Shown here in pieces: positions 49,085 through 59,514 of a DNA stretch of 64,000 nucleotides. The DNA is taken from assembly GCA_965207225.1 (NCBI GenBank), contig CBDBLV010000004.1, positions 448,001 through 512,000 on the forward strand. The letters run 5' to 3'. Made by a program: the position numbers and the translations under genes. The notes under the pieces are model-generated. The model was not told the DNA's origin and did no database searches. It saw only the letters and a list, made by a program, of their open reading frames with translations. Source of the stretch: Dehalococcoidia bacterium. GTDB taxonomy: Bacteria > Chloroflexota > Dehalococcoidia > Plut-88900. The first letter of the stretch is position 1; every line of letters starts with the position of its first letter.

Positions 49085-51007
49085 ATGTCCGAAAACAGCA
49101 TACAGATCGACAGGAATCAACTGGTTCGCCTAAGCGACGGGGTCCACGTCGCAGCTGACGTGTATAGGCCCCGGGGCACGGGTCCCTTTCCGGCTCTATT
49201 CGCCTACACGCCATATCGCAAAGATGACTTGGGTAGCTCCTTCTCGACCCACGAGTGTCGTTTCTTCGCTCGCCACGGATACGCCTGCGTCCTGGCCGAC
49301 TTCCGGGGCCTCGGCAACTCGGAGGGCGTCGCTTGGGATGCCATGGACTCACCGCATGAGGCTCAGGACGCCGCGGAGATTGTAGAATGGATTGCCGCTC
49401 AGCCCTGGTGCGATGGAGGGGTGGGTATGTGGGGCACCTCCTACGAGGCCATTACCTCCATAGAGGCCGCAGCTCTGAATCCACCCTCTCTAAAGGCCAT
49501 AGCTCCTAATCAGGGAGCCTTCGATATCTACGACGATTGGTTCTACCCGGGTGGCTGCGCCAACATGTTGGGAGCGCCGGGGATGTGGGGCTCCTTCATG
49601 CTTGGCCTCAGCCTCATGCCCCCCACCCTCCAGGACCCCGATGGCCGGTGGTACAGAGTCTGGAAAGACAGGTTGGAGACCAACCGACCGTTCATGCTCC
49701 CCTGGCCCTCCCACCCCGACAAGGACGAATACTGGCGCTCCCGCATCATCGACGTCGCCGGCATCTCCGTCCCCACTTACGTTATGGGAGGCTGGTGGGA
49801 CATCTTCCCTCAAGCCATGATTTCCCTGTACGAAAAAATCTCCGGACCTAAGAAACTGTTGATGGGGCCCTGGATGCACGGTTCTCCCAATGGAGCAGAT
49901 ATCGAACCCGTGGACCACTACCGGGACCTGCTCCGCTGGTGGGACTACTGGCTGAAGGGTATCGACACCGGCATCATGGACGAACCGCCGATAGCCTTCT
50001 ACACCCAGGGCAGGGGCTGGAATCACGAAGACGAATGGCCTGGCTCTGCCGTCCAGCCGACGGAACTGTACCTTTCTGGCAACGGCAGGCTGTTGACGGA
50101 AGAGTCATCAGCCCAGGCGATTGACTCCTATCAGGCCGACCCAACCGTCGGCACGGCGTCTTCCTTATGGGACCCCAAGTCCCTGGGCATAGGCAGACCT
50201 CTCGACCAGGGCGCCGATGACCTCCTCTCCCTAACTTACACCTCAGAGCCTTTGGCAGAATCGCTGGAAATTCGCGGTTCCCCCGAGGTTTTGGTAAGCG
50301 CCACCGTCGAGGGCGGCGAAGACGTGAACATCGTAGCCAAGCTCTGTGAAGTGGACGACCGCGGCAGGTCTTCCCTCATCACCACAGGCTGGCTTAGGGG
50401 AAGCCATCACGCCTCTAATGAGAAGGCTGATCGCCTCCAACCCGACCATGAATACCAATTCCGCGTGCCTCTATGGGTTACCGCCTACGTCATACCTGAA
50501 GGGCACAGGCTGCGCCTCAGCCTCTCTTGCTCCGACTTTCCTCGCATCTGGCCCACTCCATCCAACCCCACCATCCATGTGAACACTGCCCGCTCTCAGG
50601 TCCTTTTGCCCATCGTCCGCGGGAGCTCCGACTTCCCACGGCCCACAATCGTCCGCCCCGAGACACCTCTCGAGCACAGCATTGTGGAGACTGCCTCAAC
50701 CCCCTATCGCATTATCGAAAAAGACTTGGCCAGAGACTCCGTGAGCGTCCGCTCTGGGAAATACTCCGAATTGGCTTTGGAAGATCGTGGCCGGTTCATT
50801 TACGACCACGTTGCCACCGCTGCCACCAGCCGGAGCCGTCCTGACGGTGCCGGCGTGACATCGGAAACGCATTTCAGTTTCATATCACCGCTTTCGGGGA
50901 CCATAGAACTTCATGCAGACACTTGGTCCTCTCACCAGGCGATGTCGCTCAACGTCCATATCACCGTGGACGGCCACGAATTCTTTCGCAAAAGCTGGCG
51001 GCGCTAA
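49085..51007 (+). CDS. CocE/NonD family hydrolase
   Basis: YTPYRKD, WGTSY, GGWWD, GPWMH. Confidence 0.9.
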   Translation: MSENSIQIDRNQLVRLSDGVHVAADVYRPRGTGPFPALFAYTPYRKDDLGSSFSTHECRFFARHGYACVLADFRGLGNSEGVAWDAMDSPHEAQDAAEIVEWIAAQPWCDGGVGMWGTSYEAITSIEAAALNPPSLKAIAPNQGAFDIYDDWFYPGGCANMLGAPGMWGSFMLGLSLMPPTLQDPDGRWYRVWKDRLETNRPFMLPWPSHPDKDEYWRSRIIDVAGISVPTYVMGGWWDIFPQAMISLYEKISGPKKLLMGPWMHGSPNGADIEPVDHYRDLLRWWDYWLKGIDTGIMDEPPIAFYTQGRGWNHEDEWPGSAVQPTELYLSGNGRLLTEESSAQAIDSYQADPTVGTASSLWDPKSLGIGRPLDQGADDLLSLTYTSEPLAESLEIRGSPEVLVSATVEGGEDVNIVAKLCEVDDRGRSSLITTGWLRGSHHASNEKADRLQPDHEYQFRVPLWVTAYVIPEGHRLRLSLSCSDFPRIWPTPSNPTIHVNTARSQVLLPIVRGSSDFPRPTIVRPETPLEHSIVETASTPYRIIEKDLARDSVSVRSGKYSELALEDRGRFIYDHVATAATSRSRPDGAGVTSETHFSFISPLSGTIELHADTWSSHQAMSLNVHITVDGHEFFRKSWRR

Positions 51008-51046
51008 AAGGCCCTGGGGCCCTCCCCGGCAGGATTCCTGGGAAAT

Positions 51047-52921
51047 TCAGCCTCTGGTCTCCTCCCCCGACTCCTCGTCCTCTATCTCAGGCAGGAACGT
51101 CCTTATCAACCCCCGCGCAATAACCCTGTAAATCTTCCGGGAGACATACAGTACGGCAACGGAAATAAGCACGATGACTCCAATCGTCACCGGCGTCGTT
51201 ATGCTCCCCAGGAAAAGCAATTGGGATACCAGTGGAATGCTCCAGATGAACACCACCAACATCAATAGTAGCAGGAGCCCATCACGCATTATTAGGGCAA
51301 ACCCTCTTCGGTAAGTGCTGCTGGGCGGCAGAATCCCCCCGGGAATACGCTGCGCAATGCTGTCGTTTACGTAAGCGCCAACACCATCTGCTACCTTTCG
51401 CAATGACCACCAGATCCCGATGGATGCGGGAAATCCAAGCGCGATGACCGTTCCGCCTATAACCAGGCCTACCGTCTGCTCGCTGACGTTGATAACTTCC
51501 GATATCCCTTCGTTGAAGCGCATTACTACGCTCCCGACTATCAGCAATAGTATTATCACGCCCGCGTTCAGCAGCGTCAGCCGCCAGTGGTATTGCACCC
51601 TTATCGCGTTCTCACTTCTGAGACGTAACAAATTCCTCGTCGACCTGATCCACTCGGTCGTGTAGTTCAAATACTGGCGCGCCACTCTCGGAGAGAACTT
51701 CTCCAGAACATTCGCCAGCGGATCGGCGCTCCGGAATATGAACGGATAAAAGACTGACGTGATGCCCGTGGCGACCGCGACAATCGGATACAGGAATGGG
51801 GATACAGCCCCGTGAAGCGCACCGGTGCTCACTATTGCCAGCGAGAACTCCCCTATCTGGGTCATCCCCGTCCCTACCTTCAGCGAGGTCCGCCCGTCTT
51901 CTCCCGTAGCGAATGTCGCGACCGTATCAGCAACCAGTTTTCCGCCTATGAAAACTGCGGAAATGATTAGTGCAGGCCCAATGTGGTCCGCCATATCCGA
52001 CAGGTTGACCAGCATCCCTATCGAAATGAAGAACAATGCCGCGAAGAAGTCCTTGACCGGGGATACAATCTTTACAATCCTCTCGGATTGGACGGTGTCT
52101 CCTAGCACCGCCCCGACCAGGAACGCCCCCGCCGCCGGCGAAACGTCTAGCTCCTGTGCAATCAGGGCAAGGCCAAAGCACATGGCAAGTGACGCCAGAA
52201 GCATGATCTCTTCCGACTTGTATCTCGCTATGAAGCGTACGGCCCAGGGCGCCACCAGGGCCCCGATTGCCAGCGCGGCAAATCCAAATATCAACAGCTT
52301 CAAGGCCAGCGAGCCTACAGCCACCGGTTCCACCGCGCCCGTGGTCGCCACCCCCGACAGCACCGTGAGCAGAATGACCGCCGCAATATCCTCTATAACC
52401 AGGATGCCTACGATAATCCGTCCCTGGATCTGGTGCAGTTGCCCCGTGTCCCTCAGCATCTTGTAGAGAATCGCCGTGCTGGATATCGAAAGCGCCGCAC
52501 CCAGGAATACGGAATCCGTCCCGGTCCAGCCCAGGAGAGTCCCTATCTCGTAACCCAGAGACATCATCAGCGATATCTCTAGGACTCCGATAACTACCAC
52601 CCGGAACCCGACGCTCCTGAGCCTCTTCCACCCCAGGTCCAGCCCCAGCGAAAACAGCAGGATGATCAGCCCCAGGTCCGCCAGCGCGATGATGTGTTCC
52701 AGGTTTTCCACCGGCGGATTGGAAAATGTGTACGGGCCAACAAGGAGCCCGCCGAGCAGATACCCCAGGATCGGGGGCTGCTTCAGGAAGCGGAACAGGA
52801 CCACCGCCCCACCCGCCACCGCCATCACGACTGCAAAGTCGCGCAGCAGGGCGAAGTGCTCCGTTTCCGACTGATCTGCCACCGCTCCAAGCGGCAGCAT
52901 TATTTCCAGCAGCTGTTCCAT
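51047..52921 (-). CDS. cation:proton antiporter (CPA2/Kef-type)
   Basis: QPPILGYLLGG, ISSTAI, LVIEDI, QIGEFS. Confidence 0.88.
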   Translation of the reverse strand: MEQLLEIMLPLGAVADQSETEHFALLRDFAVVMAVAGGAVVLFRFLKQPPILGYLLGGLLVGPYTFSNPPVENLEHIIALADLGLIILLFSLGLDLGWKRLRSVGFRVVVIGVLEISLMMSLGYEIGTLLGWTGTDSVFLGAALSISSTAILYKMLRDTGQLHQIQGRIIVGILVIEDIAAVILLTVLSGVATTGAVEPVAVGSLALKLLIFGFAALAIGALVAPWAVRFIARYKSEEIMLLASLAMCFGLALIAQELDVSPAAGAFLVGAVLGDTVQSERIVKIVSPVKDFFAALFFISIGMLVNLSDMADHIGPALIISAVFIGGKLVADTVATFATGEDGRTSLKVGTGMTQIGEFSLAIVSTGALHGAVSPFLYPIVAVATGITSVFYPFIFRSADPLANVLEKFSPRVARQYLNYTTEWIRSTRNLLRLRSENAIRVQYHWRLTLLNAGVIILLLIVGSVVMRFNEGISEVINVSEQTVGLVIGGTVIALGFPASIGIWWSLRKVADGVGAYVNDSIAQRIPGGILPPSSTYRRGFALIMRDGLLLLLMLVVFIWSIPLVSQLLFLGSITTPVTIGVIVLISVAVLYVSRKIYRVIARGLIRTFLPEIEDEESGEETRG

Positions 52922-53047
52922 GTCCAGATCCAGGGCTATCTTACGCCATCATTATAGGACTAGGGATACGAGCCCACCCCCCTCCCCCGAATCCTATATA
53001 ATCCCTCCCATCGCCCCAGCCACCCATCCCTCAACAGGAGGTCTACC

Positions 53048-54181
53048 GTGGCCGAATACAAGATAGTCTCCGCCGACTCCCACGCCGAGGAACCGGGAAC
53101 CATCTACGAAAAGCTCCCCGAAGACCTCCGGCACCGCAAACCCCACATCAAGGTCGTCGACGGGCACAGGTACCAGGTCCTCGACGGCCAGCACCCCATC
53201 CTCCTCGACACCCCAAACCCCCTCAACGAGACCGACCTCCGCAAGGAGTTCCGGGGCGGCGAGGACGTGGGCGTGGGAGTCAACCGTGAATGGGGCACCG
53301 ACGTAGACCTCCGGCTCAAAGACCAGGCCGAGGACGGTGTATCCGCCGAGGTCATCTACCCCAACGGCATCTTCGAGGCCTTCTCCTCCCCCGAGCCCCG
53401 CTACCAGATGGCAGTTTGCTCCCTCTATAACGATTTCTACTGGGACGTTTTCTCCTCCCACTCCGACGTCTGCATCCCCTCCGCCACCATCCCCGTGATC
53501 GACGTAGACGCCGCCGTCACCGAGGTAAAGCGCATCGCCGCCATGGGATACCGCTCCCTCTCCGTACCGGTCAACTACGCCACCACCCCCTACAACCTCC
53601 CCGTTTATGAGCCCCTCTGGGCCACCGTTGCAGAACTGGGCCTGCCCCTGAGCTTCCATGTCTTCACCACCTCCGACTCCGTGCCCGACGAAAAATCTCG
53701 CAGGTATCTCACCAAGGAGGAGACCCACGGCAGAGATCTCGTTGGCATGGTGCTAGGTATGGCCGAGGCCATGGCCCCCCTCACCGCCCTCACCGCCGCC
53801 GGAGTCTTCGACCGCTACCCCGATCTCCGCATCGTCCTCGTCGAATGCGGCATCGGGTGGCTCGCCTGGGCCCTCTATGCCATGGACGACGTCTACAAGG
53901 CCCGACACATGTGGCAATACCCCAACCTCGACAGGATGCCCAGCGAGTACTTCAAGACTAACGGCTTCATAACCTTCGGAGACGACCCCATTGGTCTTAA
54001 CAATCTCGACTACACCGGCGTTGACGGCCTGATGTGGGGCAGCGACTACCCCCACGACGAAGGCACCTTCCCCCACTCCCGAGAAGTCATAGAGCGCACC
54101 TTCTCCGGGATCTCCCAGGAGGACAAGGAGAAGATCGTGGGCCGCAACGCCGCCCGACTCTACGGTATAAACCTCAACTAG
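53048..54181 (+). CDS. amidohydrolase_2 family protein
   Basis: VSADSH, ECGIGW, WGSDYPHDEGTFP; paralog of 17754-18863. Confidence 0.92.
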   Translation: MAEYKIVSADSHAEEPGTIYEKLPEDLRHRKPHIKVVDGHRYQVLDGQHPILLDTPNPLNETDLRKEFRGGEDVGVGVNREWGTDVDLRLKDQAEDGVSAEVIYPNGIFEAFSSPEPRYQMAVCSLYNDFYWDVFSSHSDVCIPSATIPVIDVDAAVTEVKRIAAMGYRSLSVPVNYATTPYNLPVYEPLWATVAELGLPLSFHVFTTSDSVPDEKSRRYLTKEETHGRDLVGMVLGMAEAMAPLTALTAAGVFDRYPDLRIVLVECGIGWLAWALYAMDDVYKARHMWQYPNLDRMPSEYFKTNGFITFGDDPIGLNNLDYTGVDGLMWGSDYPHDEGTFPHSREVIERTFSGISQEDKEKIVGRNAARLYGINLN

Positions 54182-54210
54182 CCCCTACCCCACCTCCGGA
54201 GCTTCAACAA

Positions 54211-55332
54211 ATGTCAGACATATACGCCGAGCTCGGCATCCGCCGCATTGTCAACGCCGTCGGCACCGCCACCGTGGTCGGCGGCGCAGTCCTGAGCCCC
54301 CGGGTCCAGGAGGCCATGGATCAGGCCAGCCGGTCCTTCGCCGGCATGGACGAAGTCGTGACCCGTGCCGGCGAGGCCATCGCCTCGGACCTCGGCGCCG
54401 AGTCCGCCTTCGTCACAGCCGGCTGCTTTGCCGCCCTCGCCCTCAGTGCCGCCGCCGCAATGACCGGCCCCGACCCCGACCTCATCGCCCAGCTCCCCGA
54501 CACCACCGGCCTCCGCGACCAGTTCCTCATCCAGAATCGCCATCGCTACCATTACGACCGCTCCATACAGGTCCCGGGCGGCAAACTCGTTGAGGTCGGC
54601 GATGAAAACGGGGTCACCCGCTCCCAGTTTGAGGAAGCCATTGGGCCCAGGACCGTCGGAGTCCTCTATCCCGCCCACATGGACGGCGAGGAGGGGACTG
54701 TCTCCCTCGCCGACGTCATCTCCATAGCCCACTCCCGAGACATAGCCGTCATCGTAGACGCCGCCTTCCAGGTCTATCCCGTCCAGCGCATGAAGGACAT
54801 CGCCAACTGCGGCGCCGACTCCATCTGCTTTAGCCTCAAGTACATGGGCGGCCCCAACTCCGTCGGCTTCATGGTCGGCAAGAAGGACCTTGTGGACGCC
54901 GCCCGACTCCACGGCTTTACCGCCTTCGAGCTGGAAGACAACCGCGCCTTCGGCCGGGGCTACAAGGTAGATCGCGGAGAGACCGTAGCCGCCGTCGCCG
55001 CCATGCGTGAGTGGTTCACCCTTGACCATGACGAGCGCATCCGGGACCAGGAACGCCGCTTCCAGATCCTCGTCGAGCTCCTCGGAGAAATCCCCAATGT
55101 GACCCTCCAGCAAGGCTGGTTCGGCCAGATCCCCTGGATGCAACTCAGAGTCGTACTCGACGAAGAAGCCCTCGGCATGTCCGTCGATCAGGCCTCCGAC
55201 GCCCTTAAGGCGCTCGAACCCTCCATCTGGACCAGGCCCGACGGTGACGCCCTTTCCGTCGCCGTAATCACCCTCAACCCCGGCGAAGAACAACTCGTAG
55301 CCCAGGGCCTTCGCCAAGTCCTCATCCGCTAA
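54211..55332 (+). CDS. SelA-like PLP-dependent enzyme (DgaE-like)
   Basis: IVNAVGTATVVGG, VIVDAA, FSLKYMGGPNSVG, GRGYKV. Confidence 0.8.
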   Translation: MSDIYAELGIRRIVNAVGTATVVGGAVLSPRVQEAMDQASRSFAGMDEVVTRAGEAIASDLGAESAFVTAGCFAALALSAAAAMTGPDPDLIAQLPDTTGLRDQFLIQNRHRYHYDRSIQVPGGKLVEVGDENGVTRSQFEEAIGPRTVGVLYPAHMDGEEGTVSLADVISIAHSRDIAVIVDAAFQVYPVQRMKDIANCGADSICFSLKYMGGPNSVGFMVGKKDLVDAARLHGFTAFELEDNRAFGRGYKVDRGETVAAVAAMREWFTLDHDERIRDQERRFQILVELLGEIPNVTLQQGWFGQIPWMQLRVVLDEEALGMSVDQASDALKALEPSIWTRPDGDALSVAVITLNPGEEQLVAQGLRQVLIR

Positions 55333-55352
55333 AGTGAGGCCTCGTTTTGATC

Positions 55353-55377
55353 GTCATTCCTGCGGAGGCAGGAATCC
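55353..55377 (+). repeat. GTCATTCCTGCGGAGGCAGGAATCC REP-like palindrome
   Basis: ATTCCTGC-GGAG-GCAGGAAT hairpin; shares GTCATTCC/GGAATC ends with the 44904-type repeat. Confidence 0.65.
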
Positions 55378-55511
55378 ATCCCTCCTGAATAATCTCGCCA
55401 TCCATTGCCGCGCACACTTCCCACCCCCCCAGTATTGAACTAGAGGCAGGCGCATGGGCAAAGCTCATGTGCCTGCCTCTGTTCTTCGCTCCCCCTCTCC
55501 CTTACAGGCCC

Positions 55512-56780
55512 TGTATAGACCGGGGAGAAGGGTAACAGTTGTTCGGGGAGATAGGTAACACATTTCCTACTTACTTAGATCTATGGTAGCAATGGGTTGT
55601 ACGGAGAAGAAGACTTTCCACGTGCCGTCTTTGGACCCGGGTCTAAGGGCGACACACTTTCTTCGGAAGGCTTTCCCCACCTTAAAGGTTCTGCCCTTGA
55701 ACCATATGCGGCCGTTGACGTCGACCTTGCGCACCTGGTCATTGGTGTCGTACTCGATGGCAGGCAGGACCTCGGGGAAGGGCCGGGGGCTGGGGGTGTA
55801 TCGGCTGGAGGGGGTATTGAGGTCCAGGGCATGGTGAGGACGCTGGAGGTTGTAGAAGTCTCTCCAGGTGTCGAAGCTGCCCTGGCAGTGGTGCAGGTCT
55901 GTGTAGATGCTTCCCTGGAGCAGTTCGCTCTTGAGGGACTTGTGGAAGCGTTCAAGCTTGCCGAGAGTCTGGGGGTGGTGGGGTCTGCTGTGGATCACCC
56001 TGACTCCCAGTTGCAGCAACCAGACGGTCAAGGGCGTGAAGGGATGGTAGAGGTCGTGGCCCCAGGGGGCGCCGTTGTCTACCAGCATAGTGACGGGCAT
56101 GCCGTAACGGCGGAATACAGAGGTGAGGTGGCCACGGACCGTGGGAGTCTTCTCATCTGGGCAAGCCCTTACAGCCAGGGAGAACCTGGAGTGATCATCG
56201 AGGATCGTCAGAGGGTGACATCTTCCACCACTGGACATGGGTATATGTCCCTTGAAGTCCATCTGCCAAAGGTCGTTGGGCCGGGGGTGCTCAAAGCGGC
56301 GGTAGGGCTTGTGCTTGAGGCTCTGGGCCGGCTCTATAAGTCCATGTCGACTGAGGATGGCTGTGACGGTGCTCTTGGCCGGTACACCGCCGTACCCTCT
56401 GTCCTTGAGCATCTTGGCCAGCACATGACCCCCCTTGGTGGGGAACTCCCTTCGAAGGTCTATTACCAGTTGCTCCATATCGGCGCTGGTGCGGTTCGGC
56501 GAGTGATGGGGACACTTGGAAAGGTCTTCCAGACTCCCCTTACCCCCTTCCAGGTATCGTCTCAGCCACTTGTAGCCGGTCTTACGGCTGATCCCGCTGC
56601 GCAGACACAGCTCACTCATGTTCACACCCTCGGACTGGGCCAGGACCACAAACTCTTCCCGTTGAGACATGACCGTTCCAACCTTCCATGGCATAGAAAC
56701 CCTCCTCTTACAGAATCGCTATGCCTAATGGTGTAACCTATGTCTCCGAACATGTGTAACCTATGTCCCCGGTCTATACA
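55512..56780 (-). mobile_element. IS481-family insertion sequence, 1269 bp, copy 2
   Basis: Same length, IRs and transposase as 9415-10683; 5-bp TSD GGCCC (55507-55511, 56781-56785). Confidence 0.95.
55567..56694 (-). CDS. IS481 family DDE transposase
   Basis: Protein identical to 9470-10597. Confidence 0.95.
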   Translation of the reverse strand: MPWKVGTVMSQREEFVVLAQSEGVNMSELCLRSGISRKTGYKWLRRYLEGGKGSLEDLSKCPHHSPNRTSADMEQLVIDLRREFPTKGGHVLAKMLKDRGYGGVPAKSTVTAILSRHGLIEPAQSLKHKPYRRFEHPRPNDLWQMDFKGHIPMSSGGRCHPLTILDDHSRFSLAVRACPDEKTPTVRGHLTSVFRRYGMPVTMLVDNGAPWGHDLYHPFTPLTVWLLQLGVRVIHSRPHHPQTLGKLERFHKSLKSELLQGSIYTDLHHCQGSFDTWRDFYNLQRPHHALDLNTPSSRYTPSPRPFPEVLPAIEYDTNDQVRKVDVNGRIWFKGRTFKVGKAFRRKCVALRPGSKDGTWKVFFSVQPIATIDLSK

Positions 56781-56973
56781 GGCCCTAAGGGAGAGGGGGA
56801 TAAAGGGGGAGAGGGTTCCCCTCCGCCGCTGGAAATGCAACCCCTCTTCCCTGTAATCATGTCAGCGAATTACCTGGCATCCACAATTCCAACGCCCCGC
56901 AATGAACTTGGCGTAATGTACAATCAGAGGAAGCTCCATGAGGGAGGTTGGGAATACATCCCAGCACAACACC

Positions 56974-57933
56974 ATGCCAACCATCAACTCCGTCCTCGGC
57001 CCAATGAACACCGCCGACATGGGCTTCACCCTCTCCCATGAGCACGTCCTCGTCTCCTCCGCCGGTATCCAGCAGATCTACCCCGAGTTCATCCCCCGAG
57101 ACCCGATCATTGAGCGGGGCATCCGGGACCTCTCAGCCGCTAAAGTTGAAGGCGTCCAGACCATCATCGACGTCACCACCATCGACCTCGGCCGCGACAT
57201 TCGCATGTTGGAAGACGTGTCCCGGGGCTCGGGTGTGAACATCATCGCCGCCACCGGCACCTGGCGCGACATACCCAGGGTCTTCTGGGAAGCCTCCCCC
57301 GACTCCATAGCCGCCCTTTACATACGTGAAATCGAGCAGGGCATCGAGGGCACCAACATCAAGGCGGGCGTTATCAAGGTTGCCAACGACAAGGGAGGCG
57401 TCACTCCGCAGGGCGAGATCATCCTGCGCGCCGCCGCCCGGGCCCACAAGGCCACCGGCGTCCCCATCTCCACCCACACCTGGGCCCCTGAGAGAGTCGG
57501 CCTCCAGCAGGCCATCATTTTCGAAGAAGAAGGTGTCGACCTGAACCGCGTCTACGTCGGCCATAGCAACGACACCACGAACGTCGCCTATCTCATCGAA
57601 CTCCTCGAAAAAGGCGCCTGGATAGGCCTCGACCGATACCCCGGCTGGGCTTCCGAAGGCACCGACACCCCGGACTGGCGCGACCGCACCCGCACCGCCG
57701 TCCGCCTAATCGAGGCCGGTTACGGCCACAAGATCATGCTCAGCCACGACTGGTCCATCCCCATCTCCCGACCCAGCGAGGAAGAGGTCGCCAAACGTGA
57801 AGCCCGCAACGCAGACGGCTACCTCTTTATCCACCGCCACGTCATCCCCCTCCTCCGTGAAATGGGAATCTCCCAGGACGCCATCGACCAAATGATGGTC
57901 CACAACCCCCGCAACTTCTTCTCCAACTCCTGA
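56974..57933 (+). CDS. phosphotriesterase-related protein
   Basis: TLSHEH, DLGRD, GVIKVA, ISTHT, GHS, LSHD. Confidence 0.92.
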   Translation: MPTINSVLGPMNTADMGFTLSHEHVLVSSAGIQQIYPEFIPRDPIIERGIRDLSAAKVEGVQTIIDVTTIDLGRDIRMLEDVSRGSGVNIIAATGTWRDIPRVFWEASPDSIAALYIREIEQGIEGTNIKAGVIKVANDKGGVTPQGEIILRAAARAHKATGVPISTHTWAPERVGLQQAIIFEEEGVDLNRVYVGHSNDTTNVAYLIELLEKGAWIGLDRYPGWASEGTDTPDWRDRTRTAVRLIEAGYGHKIMLSHDWSIPISRPSEEEVAKREARNADGYLFIHRHVIPLLREMGISQDAIDQMMVHNPRNFFSNS

Positions 57934-57960
57934 CCCCACCCAGGGCCTTTGCATTACTGT

Positions 57961-57985
57961 CATTCCGATGCCCCGCGAGGAATCT
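57961..57985 (+). repeat. CATTCCGATGCCCCGCGAGGAATCT repeat
   Basis: Identical to the copies at 59749 and 60022. Confidence 0.8.
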
Positions 57986-58112
57986 GGGGTGGGGTTTTAG
58001 GTGTGGATTACACGGCCAGTTCTTGCAGTGTGTTCCAGATTAGAGGATTGCGCATAGGTCTCTCGATAGGTGAAGGTGATCCCGTCACCAAAAGCCCAGT
58101 TTCGCAAAACTC

Positions 58113-59036
58113 TCAGTTCGCCTCAGTTCCGCGCGATCGCAATACGCGATGCCCGGCAACCCGCCGGGCCAGTTCGGGAAACGCCGGGTCTATCTCGTAC
58201 CGATACCCGTCCCAGTATCCGTCCCGACCGGGATCAAAGCGTCGCGGCTGCGTACCACTGGCCAGCGCTGCCTGCTTCATCCGCCTTTCAATCTCTCCAC
58301 TCCGGGATACCGCATCGTCGGGAGGCACTGGCGGAAGCACCCTGACGCTCATAGCCTGACCCGTCCGTAGAGTCGAAGAAAACGGGTGCTCCCAGACCCG
58401 GTGCCCGCCCGAGACCACTACCGGAAGCACCGGCCTCCCAAGCCTCCTCGCCAGGCAAAAGGCCCCCGGCTGAAAAGCCAGTTCAATGCCCAGGATCGAG
58501 CCCTGCGGAAAAATGAGGACGCTGTCCCCCGCATCGATGGCGGCGCCGGCCTCTCGCAGCAGAATACGCATCGCCTCCCTTGGGCGCTCTGGCCGGACAA
58601 AGATATGTCTCGCCCGCCTCAGATGGCCCCCGAGAAGCGGAAAGTCCGCCAGTTCGTCTCGGGCCACGGAGGTGAGTTTGAGGGGCAGACTGTAAAGGGC
58701 AAGGCCATCCGCAAACCCTTCGTGCAGCGACACCACCACGTACCGCTCCTTCGGGTCGATGTTTTCGAGTCCCTCGACTCGAATCCTCAATCCCAGGAGC
58801 CGGGCTGCCGACCAAGCCCACAATCGTTCCGTCCCCCGACACCACGCCCGCCCGTCAATGAGCTTCACACCTATCAGCATCGCAGCCATGCGAAGGACAG
58901 CCCTTCCCGGGCCTAAGAGAAGGATGGCAGCCACCCACGCCCTGGACCATTCAGGGATGGAACCTACCGAAAATCGACCGCCCAGGAGTCGGAATGAGGC
59001 TCTTTCGGAGACTTTGGAAACCGACTGATCAAGCAT
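58113..59036 (-). CDS. lysophospholipid acyltransferase family protein
   Basis: HX4D (HEGFAD), FVRP, IFPQGS, LPVVV; overlaps the upstream stop codon. Confidence 0.8.
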   Translation of the reverse strand: MLDQSVSKVSERASFRLLGGRFSVGSIPEWSRAWVAAILLLGPGRAVLRMAAMLIGVKLIDGRAWCRGTERLWAWSAARLLGLRIRVEGLENIDPKERYVVVSLHEGFADGLALYSLPLKLTSVARDELADFPLLGGHLRRARHIFVRPERPREAMRILLREAGAAIDAGDSVLIFPQGSILGIELAFQPGAFCLARRLGRPVLPVVVSGGHRVWEHPFSSTLRTGQAMSVRVLPPVPPDDAVSRSGEIERRMKQAALASGTQPRRFDPGRDGYWDGYRYEIDPAFPELARRVAGHRVLRSRGTEAN

Positions 59037-59373
59037 CCTCTCCACCAGAGACGCCCTTGCCCCCATTCAGCATCAGCACACTCCTGAGCCCGTCCTCGTC
59101 TGGTACAACTCCCTGCGACGTGACCTTCCCATCGATAGTTACAACGGGTGGGTGCCAGCCCCCTCGCCGCAGCGCATCGAACAGGTTATTGAACCACGGC
59201 TTGACTCGTACTTCTACGTGGGGCAGGTCCGCCGCAACGCGCTTGACCAGCCGCACCGTCAGATCGCACTCCTCGCAGAAAGAATGTGGAACGTTGAAGA
59301 AGAGTTGCCGACCGGTCATCGGATAAACGGTCACTACTGTTGGAGATTGGACTTCCTTCGCTGAATCAATCAC
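59029..59373 (-). CDS. small thioredoxin/glutaredoxin-like protein
   Basis: FCEECD, WHPPVVTIDGK...QGVVP. Confidence 0.7.
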   Translation of the reverse strand: MIDSAKEVQSPTVVTVYPMTGRQLFFNVPHSFCEECDLTVRLVKRVAADLPHVEVRVKPWFNNLFDALRRGGWHPPVVTIDGKVTSQGVVPDEDGLRSVLMLNGGKGVSGGEDA

Positions 59374-59514
59374 AAGTTCACAGGTGAAACCTCGGGCCCC
59401 GACCCGACTTAAATCTCTAAAATAAGGCGATCAACTCCTAACCAAAGTTTAACTCAGTTACCGCATTAACCGGCTCCCCTCACCCGCACCTACAGGCAAC
59501 ACCAATACCTCTTT

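Larger units (their letters stand above)
55430..56820 (+). repeat. composite palindromic repeat, copy 3, interrupted by IS481
   Basis: TAGAGGCAGGCGCATGGGC-AAA-GCTCATGTGCCTGCCTCTG, then CCCCTCTCCCTTA|IS|TAAGGGAGAGGGG...GAGGGTTCCC. Confidence 0.85.

Noticed and set aside
54211-55332. True selenocysteine synthase selA
   Set aside because: Shorter SelA-like type in a catabolic context, with no selB or selC nearby.
9415-56780. Composite transposon bounded by the two IS481 copies
   Set aside because: Each copy has its own matching TSD, and the interval holds core genes (tatC, rpsT, rel).
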